Part shown: positions 23,300 through 40,425 of the stretch, in pieces | Layout: each line of letters opens with the position of its first letter | Numbering within the stretch: the first letter of the stretch is position 1 | Assembly (NCBI GenBank): GCA_950097015.1 | Contig: CATNEN010000012.1 | Coordinates: forward strand, 3,753,632 to 3,817,631 | Length of the DNA: 64,000 nt | Reading direction: 5' to 3' | Source: Macrostomum hystrix | Lineage: Eukaryota > Animalia > Platyhelminthes | Notes under the pieces: model-generated | Seen by the model: only the letters and a program-made list of their open reading frames with translations | Told to the model about the DNA's origin: nothing | The model's database searches: none | Made by a program: the position numbers and the translations under genes

Positions 23300-26200
23300 G
23301 AATCTAACCTACCATATTTATACTCCAGTGCCGTGAAATTACGAAATAACTGCGGACACTGGTATTTTAGGCCGCAAATTTCTATTGCAGTGAATTCGCT
23401 CTTAATTGTGCCGTGGTTAATTTCCTTCTAATACAAAATGTAGTATTATGTGTTTACCAAAGTTTTTCGTTGTAGCTTTTGCAATCAGAGAAAACTACGA
23501 GTACTATACTAAATCTTACGTCTATGGCAACCAAAAAATGCGTTTTGCATGGATCTGCTGAAACGAGCACAGCCGAGTATATACAGTATGTAGCTTAATT
23601 TTATGAAGAATTACCATGCAAAAGCAACTGTGCATAGGAATTATCTTCACATTCGCTCGGATTCCACTGGTTAAAAATGCTGGTATGTCCATTTGCTCAG
23701 AGCTGCCATGTGCAGTTTTTTATTAATTAGAGCGTTCTGATGACTACAATAAGTTGCTGTCCTTTATTCATGATAATATTGCGTCATATATACATTGTAA
23801 AAATAAAACTAGAGAATATGGTATACCATGTGCATGTACAAATTTTATGTTCTCATTCCCATACGTCTCTTTCTTTGTGTCCTGCTATACTACTCGTAAC
23901 TATACACCAACGGTAGAGGCAGCTGCCGTCCAGTATTTCTGCTCCGCCGTTAACATTGATTACCCCTCAGCACAACCAAGCATACACACCTGACCTGCCA
24001 GCTAGTAGGACACGCTGTTCAGGGCTCCCAACAAAATTACGCACTTAAATTGCGAGATTACTCGTAGACGACCTCAAACACCTGCTTGCGATCGTGCTCA
24101 TCCGAGTTCTTAGTTGTTATGGGCTGGATGCCTTGGACAACGTCCAAGCCTTCCTTCTGGCCTCAACCGCAATCATTCACCAATTAAAGGACTAGGAGGA
24201 TAAGTAGAAGCACGGTGCACAGCTAGCACAGACTCTTTTATAACTGATTTTCAAAATGCCTTCATTTCTTTATATCTGCATACATGTTGAATATAATCCA
24301 CAATGCATGAGATAAGTCAAAGCGAACAATTTTGGCTGCAGCTACATCGATGCACACAAAAAGTACAGCAGTAAAGTACAGGTGCTTCGAATTCATTTCT
24401 CTATTGAGATTCGACGGCTTTTAAGATCAGAAATGTTTAAAGTTTTTAAATTTCTAGTAAGCAACATTATGCATGATATTTGATATAACAGACTTTAGGG
24501 GATAATAATTTTTTAGAATAATGTAATGCCCTTTCCTTACCCGATTCCACTTCGCATGCCTTACTCATCCCCATGTATTGATCATGGACGTCAGTATTAT
24601 TTTTCTATAAAAGTGGGTGCTAAATTATATGCGCGCTTTTTGTCTGTCTAATTTCATCCAACCTTCCCCTTTTGGCGATTTATGGTTTTCCCCCCACCTT
24701 CGAAATTTACCCACCTGATCCCTAGCTCCCTCTTCCATTTCGTTTATACTAATTAGTCATGCATATATACGCAATATGATAAGGTTATAACTTTATGAAG
24801 TCCGTACACCGCTTAATTTACTGTCTCCTGGCTGAGTGTATTGTAATGTAATATAGTGGATAGTGGAATATGCCTTTACGTGCTTCCAATCTAAATAGTA
24901 CCCTCTCCCTCACCTATTTTCTCAACGTTGTAACTATTATTGTATAACAGGTTGATTTTGGACCAATTATGTAAGACTAAAAGCTTACTAATTGGTGGAT
25001 TTTAATTCTATAATTTACTAGATAATATAATGTTTAAAGACAACTAAAAAAATTACATTGTTGTTAGAATGTCAACGTAACTTTTTGCTCCCTCTGTATA
25101 TTTGTAACAACTAAAAACTCCAACAAAATACAAAATAAAGTTGCGAGGATAACTTCTACTGTAAGAATATAAGCGAATAACAATTAAGTTCACGTTTGTT
25201 CGTCGTAAAGTTATCGTAACTTTTCTACAAAACAAATAGGGCAGCAGTCACCTGATATGGTTCTAGGAAACCGAGATAGTCCGGGTGAAGAAATTGTAAA
25301 ATAAATATACTATAACTGTCTGATATATTTCACTTTTAATAATTTGATCCTTAAGGTAGCTAAGTAGCTTTTTTTAGTGCTCTTTAGATTTCACTTTAGC
25401 TGAGTGTGTTCGGTTTTGCTAAAATATAGGCAGATGAGTCTATATTTAAAAGTAGGACATTAGAATAGATGATTACGATAATTAGATTACAATTGCATTA
25501 CTTTTGTATGTGAGGTGACCCTGATCGAAATACGAAGAAGCATTAAATACTTTTTATATTTTCGTAACCGAAGTCAGTGAATATATAGAACGAAATTCAG
25601 TAGACCACATAGGAAAGAAAGTCAGAAATTGTCTAAAATATAAATGGCATTGAATGCACAAGCCCGAGATAATTTTTGTTATCTACTTTCAGCATAGCCA
25701 TAGGCATAGGGCCATAAGCCTAAAAAGCCAGAAAAGGCACCATTTACTTGAGTAATAAATACATTCCTCCTGATACAGATAGTCTGTAAAGTGTAAATTA
25801 AGCATTAGCACTTTGCCAAATTACATTAAATCATCTTGGCTATACCAATCTGAGTGTATTTACCCAAGTGCAACTCAAAATCCGACCAGAAAGGAGATGA
25901 ATTTGAATATTCTTTTCTGTAAGTTCAATTCTGTGTTAATCAACATCTATCAACTTTTTGTCTTCACACTTTGTCATACACTTTGCTTATAATCAACCTA
26001 ATAAAAAATATTTTATTTTAACTTGTTTTATCAACATACAAGTAGTAATTACCAGGCATTTCAGTGCCTATGCTTTTTGTTTCTTGGTATTGCTTTTTGG
26101 TACCACTTTGATACATTTCCTGTATTGTGCATTTGATGCATTGGTAAGGGCTCCAGTGAGAAATTAAAATAAAAATTTCTATATTTTTGGTTTTCTTGTG

Positions 26201-27935
26201 TTACAGATCTTGCTAGTCTGAGTTAAAAGACACCTCACTCATCAAAATTGGTCAAGTAATAAAAAAGTTATAACAATTTTTTGATCAACATTTTAGTTGT
26301 TTTTGTAGTGTATTTTTCCTATAAGGGGCTGTGATCCAGATAACAGGATAGATTTGACTTGAAAAAATTGCAATGACTTTTTATTTTTAATGGATTTAAA
26401 TAATTCCAAAAGCATATAGTTTATTTCTTTGTTATCTTCACTATGGAATATATATATCTTCTATAACACTCAATATTAAAGTATTAAATTTTGATTTTAC
26501 ATTGACTAGGATTACTATGCTGACAAGACATGTTTATTTGTTTACAATATAAAACTTTTTTGGCTTTAAAGAAGTGGTAAAGCCATACCTATTCCATAGC
26601 TTAACAAATACACCTTGCATAGATTTCAATTTACTATTTACAGTCAATTGCAAAAGCCATCTGAAATGTGTAAAGGGGGTACATTAGAGAACCATGTTTC
26701 TGGGAGATTCTGCTAAAGAAAATAAATAGTTTTGAGTATCATATTCTACATAAAATTCTCTGTAAAATTTAATGGGATATACTTGGAAAACACTAAAAAC
26801 AATAGTCAAAAACAGAATATGAAACTTTCAAACAGAAAATTTATAAAGAAATTTTTTTAAACAAATACTTTTTTTCTTTTATAGAATTTTTTTCTTTTTA
26901 TGAATATTTACTTTGTTTGACTCAGTATCAACGCATAACTTACATTTTCAAAATCTACCTATGTTTTAAGTATAAAGTTATTAAAGAACATGAAACATTC
27001 TTATCTCACTAGTGCATTTTTGTGACAATCTACCTTCATGTAATTTTTCTAAGAAATGAAGAGTCCTCTCTTCTAGTGGTCCTTGGTTAAATCCTGCCTA
27101 ACATTATATGTATAATTGGATGATTTTGGATAACTCGTGAGCTTGATTTGTTTTGATTGAGATATATGCTACCTTTTATATACATATGCATGCATATAAC
27201 ACACAATTGAAAGCTTCCTACTGTATTAGTAGTACATTTGGTATTATAACAATTGCAATCTATGAGCATTTACCACTAAAAACTGTTTGATATAGGCCTA
27301 GTGAAAAGAACAAAACAACAAAACAGACACGCAGCTAATTATGCATCGTAATGTTATACAATGTCTATACATCTTAGAGTTTCCCATGTTTCCACTTTAA
27401 ATATTGCATTTGCTGTACTGGTCCAGTTTATTAGTTTTGAAACTAATTGGTTTATTCCTTTTTTAGTTTTAGTGTTTTAGATGTACTAGGTCTATTTTAT
27501 AATATTTAATATCCCACTGAATGTCACCAAAGTTGACATTTATATATTTATTTATATAGGCTTATAAGAAAATCCTACTGCTGTTGTACTAGTGCTAATT
27601 ACTATTCTAACAAAACTTTCACAATGTTGTTGTATTTCTTATTGTTAATATTCTATGAAAGTTGTTTTACACCGGTAGTTTCAATATTTTCTTAGAATTA
27701 GTCTCAGAGAATGTATTTATATATTTCAAAGAATTTCTTGGCAGTGTATTTAGTCTTGTAGCATATTTAGTTATTCTGAGTATTGTATTTAGTTAGTCTA
27801 GGTAGGGTATTTAGTTATTCTGGCCAATTACTTTATCATATATATGTATTTTTGAGTATAGGCTTTCCAAAGAGCATTACCATTGATCTCAAGTGTATAG
27901 CAATACTTTCTACTTCTCTCTCTCCTCTTCTCTGG

Positions 27936-28074
27936 CCCCCGGTGAATTGTTTGTCTCTGTTATTTTTCATCTCCACCCACCCATCTATATCCGCTCATTT
28001 TTAACTGGCCTTTTGTAGTTCTTGTCCCTCGCTGTGACTCAGCATACTTCAGTGCACTTTTAGCTACTTATTAG
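27936..28074 (+). repeat. 139-bp dispersed direct repeat, copy 1
   Basis: Matches 30544-30682 with 4 mismatches counted by eye. Confidence 0.9.
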
Positions 28075-28948
28075 AGAGAGAGAAGCAGATAAGCATTGCA
28101 GAATCCTTCTTAGTATTCGTCTCCATATGTTTTTTTAAAGAATGAAAGAACACTTCTGAGTATTGTATACGAACTTTGTATCAAACAGCGTTGAACAAGG
28201 TTAGTTTCTCCCTCGTTTTCGCTCCTGTATTTATACTAACTTTGTATTGTGTCAAACAAAATAATTACAGGGCATTCAAACAAACTATCTTCACATAAAA
28301 ACTATTTACAAAACTACATAATTTACATGTGGTAAAATAAAATATATACAAAGAAAAGTCTCGGATTTTCTATTTTACTATATTCGGTCTACATCATGTA
28401 TGTATGGTTATAAGGGTCTACTGCTTATAGCTAATAAAAATGTATGTAAAATATCGATTTACATTTTTTAAAGAAACTTTTAATGAGCTCTTTTTGTTTA
28501 AAAAAGTATCAAAAAATGGGACAAATAACAAATACTTTAGATGAGTTCTGTCTCGAATAATTTTATTTTATTTTATTTGTTTCTAATCTGGAATTTTCAT
28601 CTTTTTCTTGCTATTTATAAAGTAATTTAGTTCTGTTTGTTTAAAGTTATATATATATATATATTTTAGCATTCACTTTGTTTAACGAAGTACTATATAA
28701 ATATCGAAAATAAATTTTATAGTAATACACTATATACTTGATTCTAAGCCTGTGACATCAAGGTCAGACATGAAGCCAAAAAGGTAATGCTGTGTAATAA
28801 AATAAAATATCTTAACCATTTTAGGCAGCAAAATGTATCTATTTTCCCACAACAAGCACTTTTTTGATTATCTGGTTATTTAATTTTTTAGTGTTTTTTG
28901 TTTTTAATGTGTTTTTTAATTATTCTCCATATTTTAATCATTTTTTAG

Positions 28949-29675
28949 CTGGCAAAAAACTTGCTATCACGTGTGCAGAGGACTCTTTTGATAGCCTAGC
29001 GAAGGCTGTTGCTAAGGAGACCAATGTTCCAGTTGAGCATCAGAAATTAATTTATAAAGGTAATTTTTTTACACTCATTGTGATTATTTCAATTGTTTAA
29101 TTTTTCAGTTTACTTTCAGTTTACTCACTTTATTGAATATTGAATATTAACAATGCAAGGCATAGCTACTCGTTCCATTTACTCGGAATGAAAGTTAATT
29201 GTAAATTCTAAAATATCCCAAACCAGGCAAATCCCTGCAGCCTGGCAGCAGCCTATCACAGCAGGGCCTCGCCTCCGGCTGCAAGCTGATGCTGATTGGC
29301 AGCTGCGAGGAGGTGGCCAGGCCCGACGAATTCGCCGCTCTCGACGCCGTCGATCGAGAGGTGGAAGCGATGGAAGCCAAACTGGACGATCTTAACAGTG
29401 AGTACGCCAGCTTCGCCAAGGGCTTCACGCCGGACAGCATGCAGCGCCAGGTGGCTCAGTCGCTTTCCAAGCGCTTGCTGGCCTTCAATGATCGAGGCGA
29501 GCGCGGACTGGAACGTCTGGATAGTCTGGCTCTGGGCGAGGCTGCGGCTACGTCGCGAGTTCGAGCCCGGCGCAAAGATTTAGCCGATAGGCTGCAGGCG
29601 ATGCTCAACATATCGGATAGTCTGCTGCAGGACCTGCTGCGAATGGCCGCAGAGGCTGGCTTCTCATTGGACTGA
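28949..29675 (+). CDS. BAG1: BAG1-like co-chaperone (ubiquitin-like + BAG domain); first exon unresolved
   Basis: Exons 28949-29059 and 29227-29675: VPVEHQKLIYKG/KSL..GCKLMLIG (BAG1 UBL), followed by ERGLERLDSL..RARRKDLADRLQ (BAG helices). Confidence 0.8.
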
Positions 29676-30543
29676 GCTCAAATGCTCAATGCGTTTTCAT
29701 AAATACCTTAATGCATTAGTGAAACTATACAGGCTTAGATTTGCCGGCAACTGCGGCGACCCAAGCGATGGTTTTGAGTCTGTTGGACTCACCCAAGCTT
29801 TAGTTTTTTGTCGATGCAGTAATACAAGTTATAAGTACTTTACTTTAAGGCATCAGTAATGACCTAAATGTACTCATGTAGGCTACAGCAATGACCTAAG
29901 TGTACTTCTATAGTTTACAGAAATGACCCGAACTGTTGTTGTCTCGGTTACAGCAATGACCTAAATACTATAGTCTTGAACTATGATCTAAATAGATGTT
30001 GGTTTTGCTGCTGTCGAGATATCTTAGTTTCCGTTCGTTGACCAAAAGTGCACGAATTTCTTTAAGAAAGAAAAAGGCAACTCGCATTAACATTCATTAC
30101 TCTGTATCTCTGTCACTTAAGTTTCTTAATAGTTCACACGCTGTTAAAGTGCATCCTGTGTCCTGTACTGATGCATTGTGTTAGTGACCAGCTCCAGTAT
30201 CAGCCAGCTTCCTGCACTTCCAGTTCTTGTTAAAGTGTAAGACGAACTCTTAAATTGAGAAATACACTGCAGTCTGCAGACATCAGCAGCTAATGAGTTC
30301 TAGTGCTGCTTTATTCGTGTCAAGTAGAGTTTCTTTTGTAACTCTTTGCCAGCAAACAGAAATTTACGAGAGAAAATAGTCTAGTGTAGTGTGTACAGGC
30401 ACTGCTGTCAGCTAGTACATTCTAGTACAGCAATTTGAGTGTACAATATCTAGACAAGACCTAAGTACAGCCTGCAAACCCTAGCCCTATTGCCAAGCCT
30501 AGCTCTCTGGTCCTACCCCACCCTGGCAACAGCGCGGCCCTGT

Positions 30544-30682
30544 CCCCCGGTGAATTGTTTGTCTCTGTTATTTTTCATCTCCACCCATCCACCTATCTCC
30601 GCTCATTTTTAACTGGCCTTTTGTAGTTCTTGTCCCTCGCCGTGACTCAGCATACTTCAGTGCACTTTTAGCTACTTATTAG
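30544..30682 (+). repeat. 139-bp dispersed direct repeat, copy 2
   Basis: Matches 27936-28074; ends about 75 bp upstream of the cathepsin L copy 1 ATG. Confidence 0.9.
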
Positions 30683-30757
30683 CACCTGCGCCAGCTCAGA
30701 ATTTGTTCAGATTTTGCCTGTTTGTTTCTGCAGCTTCTGCTATTCTTCACTCGCATC

Positions 30758-33696
<2,939 letters not shown>

Positions 33697-34935
33697 ATGA
33701 TTAGCGACCAACTGGGGCCGTCGCTGCTTGGTTGGACTGTAAAATTTATTATCCAGACTGCTTAATCAGCAATTTTGTTTTTAATTCTGTTAAGCTTTCA
33801 TTTCGCTCTTTTATTTTATCATGTTTTTAGAGTACTATTGTTTCCTGCTTAGGGAATTTTTGTCAAATCTGAAATCGCTTGGCTAATATCTGATTGATTT
33901 TGTGAGGTGAATTGAAGGATTGATTTTTCGCACATGCAAATTATTTTTAAGTTTTTATTTCCCAATTTGATTCTTTCACAAACTCTTTTCCTCATTATTG
34001 AACTGGTTGAAATGCTGTGCTGCTCCATAATTCCTGGTGTCGACTTTTGAGAATCCCAAGCATACAGCAAGCATACAGCTACAACTAACCTAATAACTAT
34101 TCTGTATAAATATGTATATTCCGAACATATACTACTGGTATGCTCCTAAAGTGTAGTGGGAAGAGCCGCTTATTACAAAGGCTGTCTGATTTCCTTTTGT
34201 GGCCAATGCGGCCAATACTACTGCAAGTAAATAATCGCGATTGCTGTTATTCTTTTTCTTCGCTCTACTAATAAAATATAATTACATAATTGTTGCAGTG
34301 TAGCGATCGCCTAAGTGCAAGCAATTTTATTTGATTGATTGATTGACAAATTTAATAAGGCACCAACTGATTGCGCTATCCCAAGTGAAATAAGCTTTGT
34401 TAAAATGTGAACCTGAAAAACTTCAGACAAAATTAATTTTTTGTTGACAAAAAAACAAAATGATTATCTTCTTTTTTGCTTTGCTTTTTTATTTATGACC
34501 AGGGAGTGCAGGTTGTCAATGATGGGAACTACTGTTAAGGAAAGTATTGCTCTAGTGTTTAGAGCTTCGGACTCCTAACAGGAGATCAGGGATAGCTGAT
34601 ACACTGAAGGAATGGGTGTCGAATCGCTCATAAATAAATTGCTAATAAATAAATATGGAAAAAAATACTTATACTACCACTTTAAGTAGCATATATAGGA
34701 CATGACATTAGCATAGATAATATACATTTAACAAGTACTTTCCCCTTATTGCCACTATTAGTAGAGTAGATAGGATATGCGAATTCGAGCGTACCGAACA
34801 AATTAAGAATATTATCGATCGGGTGGTTTTTCCTCTTATTTTAAATATATGAACATCAGAAAAGGAGCCTTTATACTCTACTGGAATTTATTAAATCCAA
34901 ATTGCTCGTGACATCGTTATTTCCCTGGGATGGGA

Positions 34936-35165
34936 TGGTCCCTGAGTTCGATTCCGCGGCGAGGCCAAATTCATTTGGGGCGCAGCCGCGCAGAGATGGC
35001 TTTCGGGGCTTGTCGCGCCCATTAGGACCAACCTCCAAGGTACAGTGAAGGGTGTACACTGCCTGATGAGTGCGTGTTCAGGAGTGAGTGGAATGAACAG
35101 AATTGTCTATCTGTCTGCGGGTCTACTGTCAAATAATGTGCCAGCAGCTGCAGCCTTTCTGCAAA
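34936..35165 (+). mobile_element. tRNA-derived SINE, degraded copy
   Basis: GGTCCCTGAGTTCGATTCC B-box and family body with deletions. Confidence 0.7.
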
Positions 35166-35524
35166 CAAAATCATTTTTGGGTCGTGGCGAGCACTACGGT
35201 ACAACTGAAGAGTCTGAGCGCACAAGGAAAGCCTGACAAAAGAGAGAGGACCTAACATTGTGCCTAAATGCTCAAACTATGCTCAAACATAGACACAGGG
35301 AAACAAGTGCCTGGGTATTTGGGCTCTTGTTGGGCCGGCGGTTCTTCCGCTTATTGATCGACCGTGTCTTCTCGGTGTTCTGGTGGGTCTTGTTGTACTC
35401 GTATGTTCTATGGTAAGTGCAGGCGCAAGTCCGAACTTTGCGCTTGGCGTAAGACCGTAAAGCTGTTTCTCGAAGCTAACTTAGGTTTTTCGCAACTTAC
35501 GCAGTTCGCAAGTTATCGCGAAGC

Positions 35525-35772
35525 ACACAGATACTGCACGCAGGCATACGTTCACACAGGTGTGTACATCTGCCCTGACTTTCTCATCGTCAGGCAGTGT
35601 ACACTCTCACTGTGCCTTGGAGGTTGGCCCTCAAGGGCGTAAATTGCACGACAAGCCCCCAAGCCTTCTCTCCGCGGCTGCGCCCCAAATAAATGTGGCC
35701 TCGCCGTGGAATCGAACTTAAGGACCGTGGTGCGAGAGGCAAACGCGTTAACCGCTCTGCCACCGACCCCCC
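35525..35772 (-). mobile_element. tRNA-derived SINE, 3'-truncated copy
   Basis: Head GGGGGTCGGTGGCAGAGCGGTTAACGCG...GTTCGATTCC; body highly similar to 42784-43183. Confidence 0.85.
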
Positions 35773-37353
35773 TTCATTCATCCATGGTCATGGCCGGGTT
35801 TATTTCAGTGGCGGGACTGGTGCCATCGATTGCACACATGTAGCTATGAAAATGTTTTTGTGCGTCTTACGACTGATTAGCAGTCGTAGGGTTAAGATCA
35901 AACTCCGAAAGACCATAGACATAGCGCAAAGTTACAATCTCGCAAAGTTGCGATCGATCGTACGTCGTTGTCTCCTATGTTCCTTGTCTCCTGAGCCTTC
36001 TTAGTAACTGCTTGTCGATCCGGTCTGTTGCGCTTGTCTTTATCTGTTGGTCAACTAAAGACGAGTGTTCGGAGCTCGAAACCTTGACATTTTCCTCGAG
36101 CTCGGAATTCACAATAGAAGCGTGCGCCCTAGTAACAATTAAAGTCTCTCTAATAGGTCCTCCTGAATCGCGTCTTCTTTGTTAACTCCGAAAGATAACG
36201 GATAACTCAATCAATAATCCTCTAGGAATGAATCCAAGGAAACAAAGAGGCCTTGCTCAAAAGTATCGACGATATGTGGCTCTCGTAAAATTAATTCACT
36301 TCAAAGACTAACGCTATAGCGATAAATAATCAATGCAAGGAAGCGCTTACCACTTGTCTTCCTCATAGATGAGTCATTCTCATGTTCTTAGCATTTCCTG
36401 GTCTTCTAGTGGACCTCTCCGAGTCAGATTTTTAGTTCGGATTTGAACTAAAACCGGCTTACGACCGGGTGTTTACGTAAATCAAACAAGCTTGACTTAT
36501 GGTGTCCATCGTGTTTGCATAGCAGGGTTTAAGTATTTTGGAGTTAACATTATGTTTGGAGATCAAGCAAATAACAGCTGTCAAGAACCGGTTTTGTGAT
36601 GATGTAACAATCCTTAATCACATGACATTATTTCGAAAAATAACTCAAGTCATAATGACTCATTCGTAAAAATAGATTTCCAGTTATAGCTTAAATTTCC
36701 AACTAATATTACTATAATTAATATAAGTAGCACGTTAAGCATACCGTGTGATTTGACTGCTTTCTACACTAGTAACTGGCCTAACTTGGTTATCTGTAAT
36801 TTCGTCCACGCCTCTATCTCTGTGGATAATTATATGGCTGATCATATTCTCTTACTCATCTAACAACTAATAAAGGATAATAAAAAATTTGGATTGCGTT
36901 TGCGCTCATTCGTTTATACTTTTGTCACTGCTAGCTATGCCTCGCCTTGCAGCTTGGTAGAGTTAATTCATTCACTGCAGGTGGGCAGTCTGACTGGATC
37001 TGCTCTATTTAATTTCATGATGAATATTTTTTCTTGCTATTCCCGGTCTCAAATCTTATCTACTAGTTTGCGAATGCACACTGTCCTACCTACCCCCAAG
37101 CCATCCATTATGTTCTATCCTTGGTAGCAGCTGACACGCTACCTGCCCGATTTTAGTTAGTGTCTAATTCAGCTTTCTTCATCTGTCTCTTCTTTCTTTA
37201 CGTCCTTGCCAAATGCTATGTATATATATACATTTGCCTGGAGTTCCTGTAGAATTAATTATAGGCAGCACTTAGCTAGCTTGGCTTCAGAGAAACAACT
37301 AAACATTGTCCACTCTGCGCGGCCTTCTTTGGTTCTGGTCTTCCCTTTTGAAT

Positions 37354-39184
<1,831 letters not shown>

Positions 39185-39960
39185 ATGATTAGCTCGTGAC
39201 ATGAGAGACTAAACGAGCTTGTGTCTCCAAGTTTCATGAACAGAACTTTAAGCTCCGTTTAACCGAGTCGTTCGGCGGTGGTTGTGCTTCGCTTTACTTT
39301 AATTCGGATTCTTCGGATGTTATTCATGTGCAGCCATTATAATTTTATTGTGTGTGCTAAACCTTGGATTCCTTTTTTAACTGTTTACAGAACTCCGAAT
39401 TTTTTACTTTTGAGTCTAAAGCAGTGAAGATTTATCTAAGTGTATTTAACAGTAGAAAGTCGACGGGTGTGGAACCCTGAGTGTCATAAATTTTAGAAGC
39501 TTATCAAAGTGTCAATATTCAAGTGATTCGCTTATTTTTGCCACAAACCTTCCTTTTAAACATTTCAACCAGTTTTTTTAAACACAAGTTACAGCCTGTG
39601 AGAATGCGAGGCTACGCGAATGAGCAAATATTCAAGAATTTTAAGAAATTAATCAGAAGGTGGCCCGTGAGCAGCTGGCTTCTAATCGTGTTTGTTTTAG
39701 TAATTATTATGAATCTAAATTTTTCGCACACACGCAATGGGTGCATAGTTTATCTCTTCTTGATAAATTGCTGATAGCTTTCTCAAAACAAAGTTAAATT
39801 AGTAATTTGCTGCGAACCAAAATTAAAAAGCGTCATACAAAATACTAATTACGATTGAGTCACAACCAAGTGAAACTTTTGGCCTGAAAGTATAATATGT
39901 AGCATAGCCATAGCATAACATACCGCAAACGTAAATATGTCATTCCCAATTTCATCAGTC

Positions 39961-40320
39961 AGTACACTGACCCTCCCGCTTCAGTCTTTCAGTACACTGA
40001 CCCTCCCGCTTCAGTCTTTCAGTACACTGACCCTCCCGCTTCAGTCTTTCAGTACACTGACCCTCCCGCTTCAGTCTTTCAGTACACTGACCCTCCCGCT
40101 TCAGTCTTTCAGTACACTGACCCTCCCGCTTCAGTCTTTCAGTACACTGACCCTCCCGCTTCAGTCTTTCAGTACACTGACCCTCCCGCTTCAGTCTTTC
40201 AGTACACTGACCCTCCCGCTTCAGTCTTTCAGTACACTGACCCTCCCGCTTCAGTCTTTCAGTACACTGACCCTCCCGCTTCAGTCTTTCAGTACACTGA
40301 CCCTCCCGCTTCAGTCTTTC
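39961..40320. repeat. Perfect 30-bp minisatellite, 12 identical copies
   Basis: agtacactgaccctcccgcttcagtctttc x12. Confidence 0.98.
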
Positions 40321-40425
40321 AATGAATTGCCCCAATTGAAATTCGCCAGCCGAATGATCTCTTGTAACCCAACGAGCCTAGGTCTTACGCTCTCTGCCTC
40401 GTTAAAAGGTTCATCAGTGTCAGTG

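Noticed and set aside
29850-29985. Four cagcaatgacctaa repeats with variable spacers, CRISPR-like
   Set aside because: Period ~33 bp, spacers far too short, repeats degenerate, no cas genes; a decayed minisatellite.
34560-34612. tRNA-Arg(CCT)-like fragment (GCTCTAGTGTTTAGAGC...CTCCTAA)
   Set aside because: Only D-arm and anticodon-loop resemblance; no T-arm or acceptor stem, too degraded to call.
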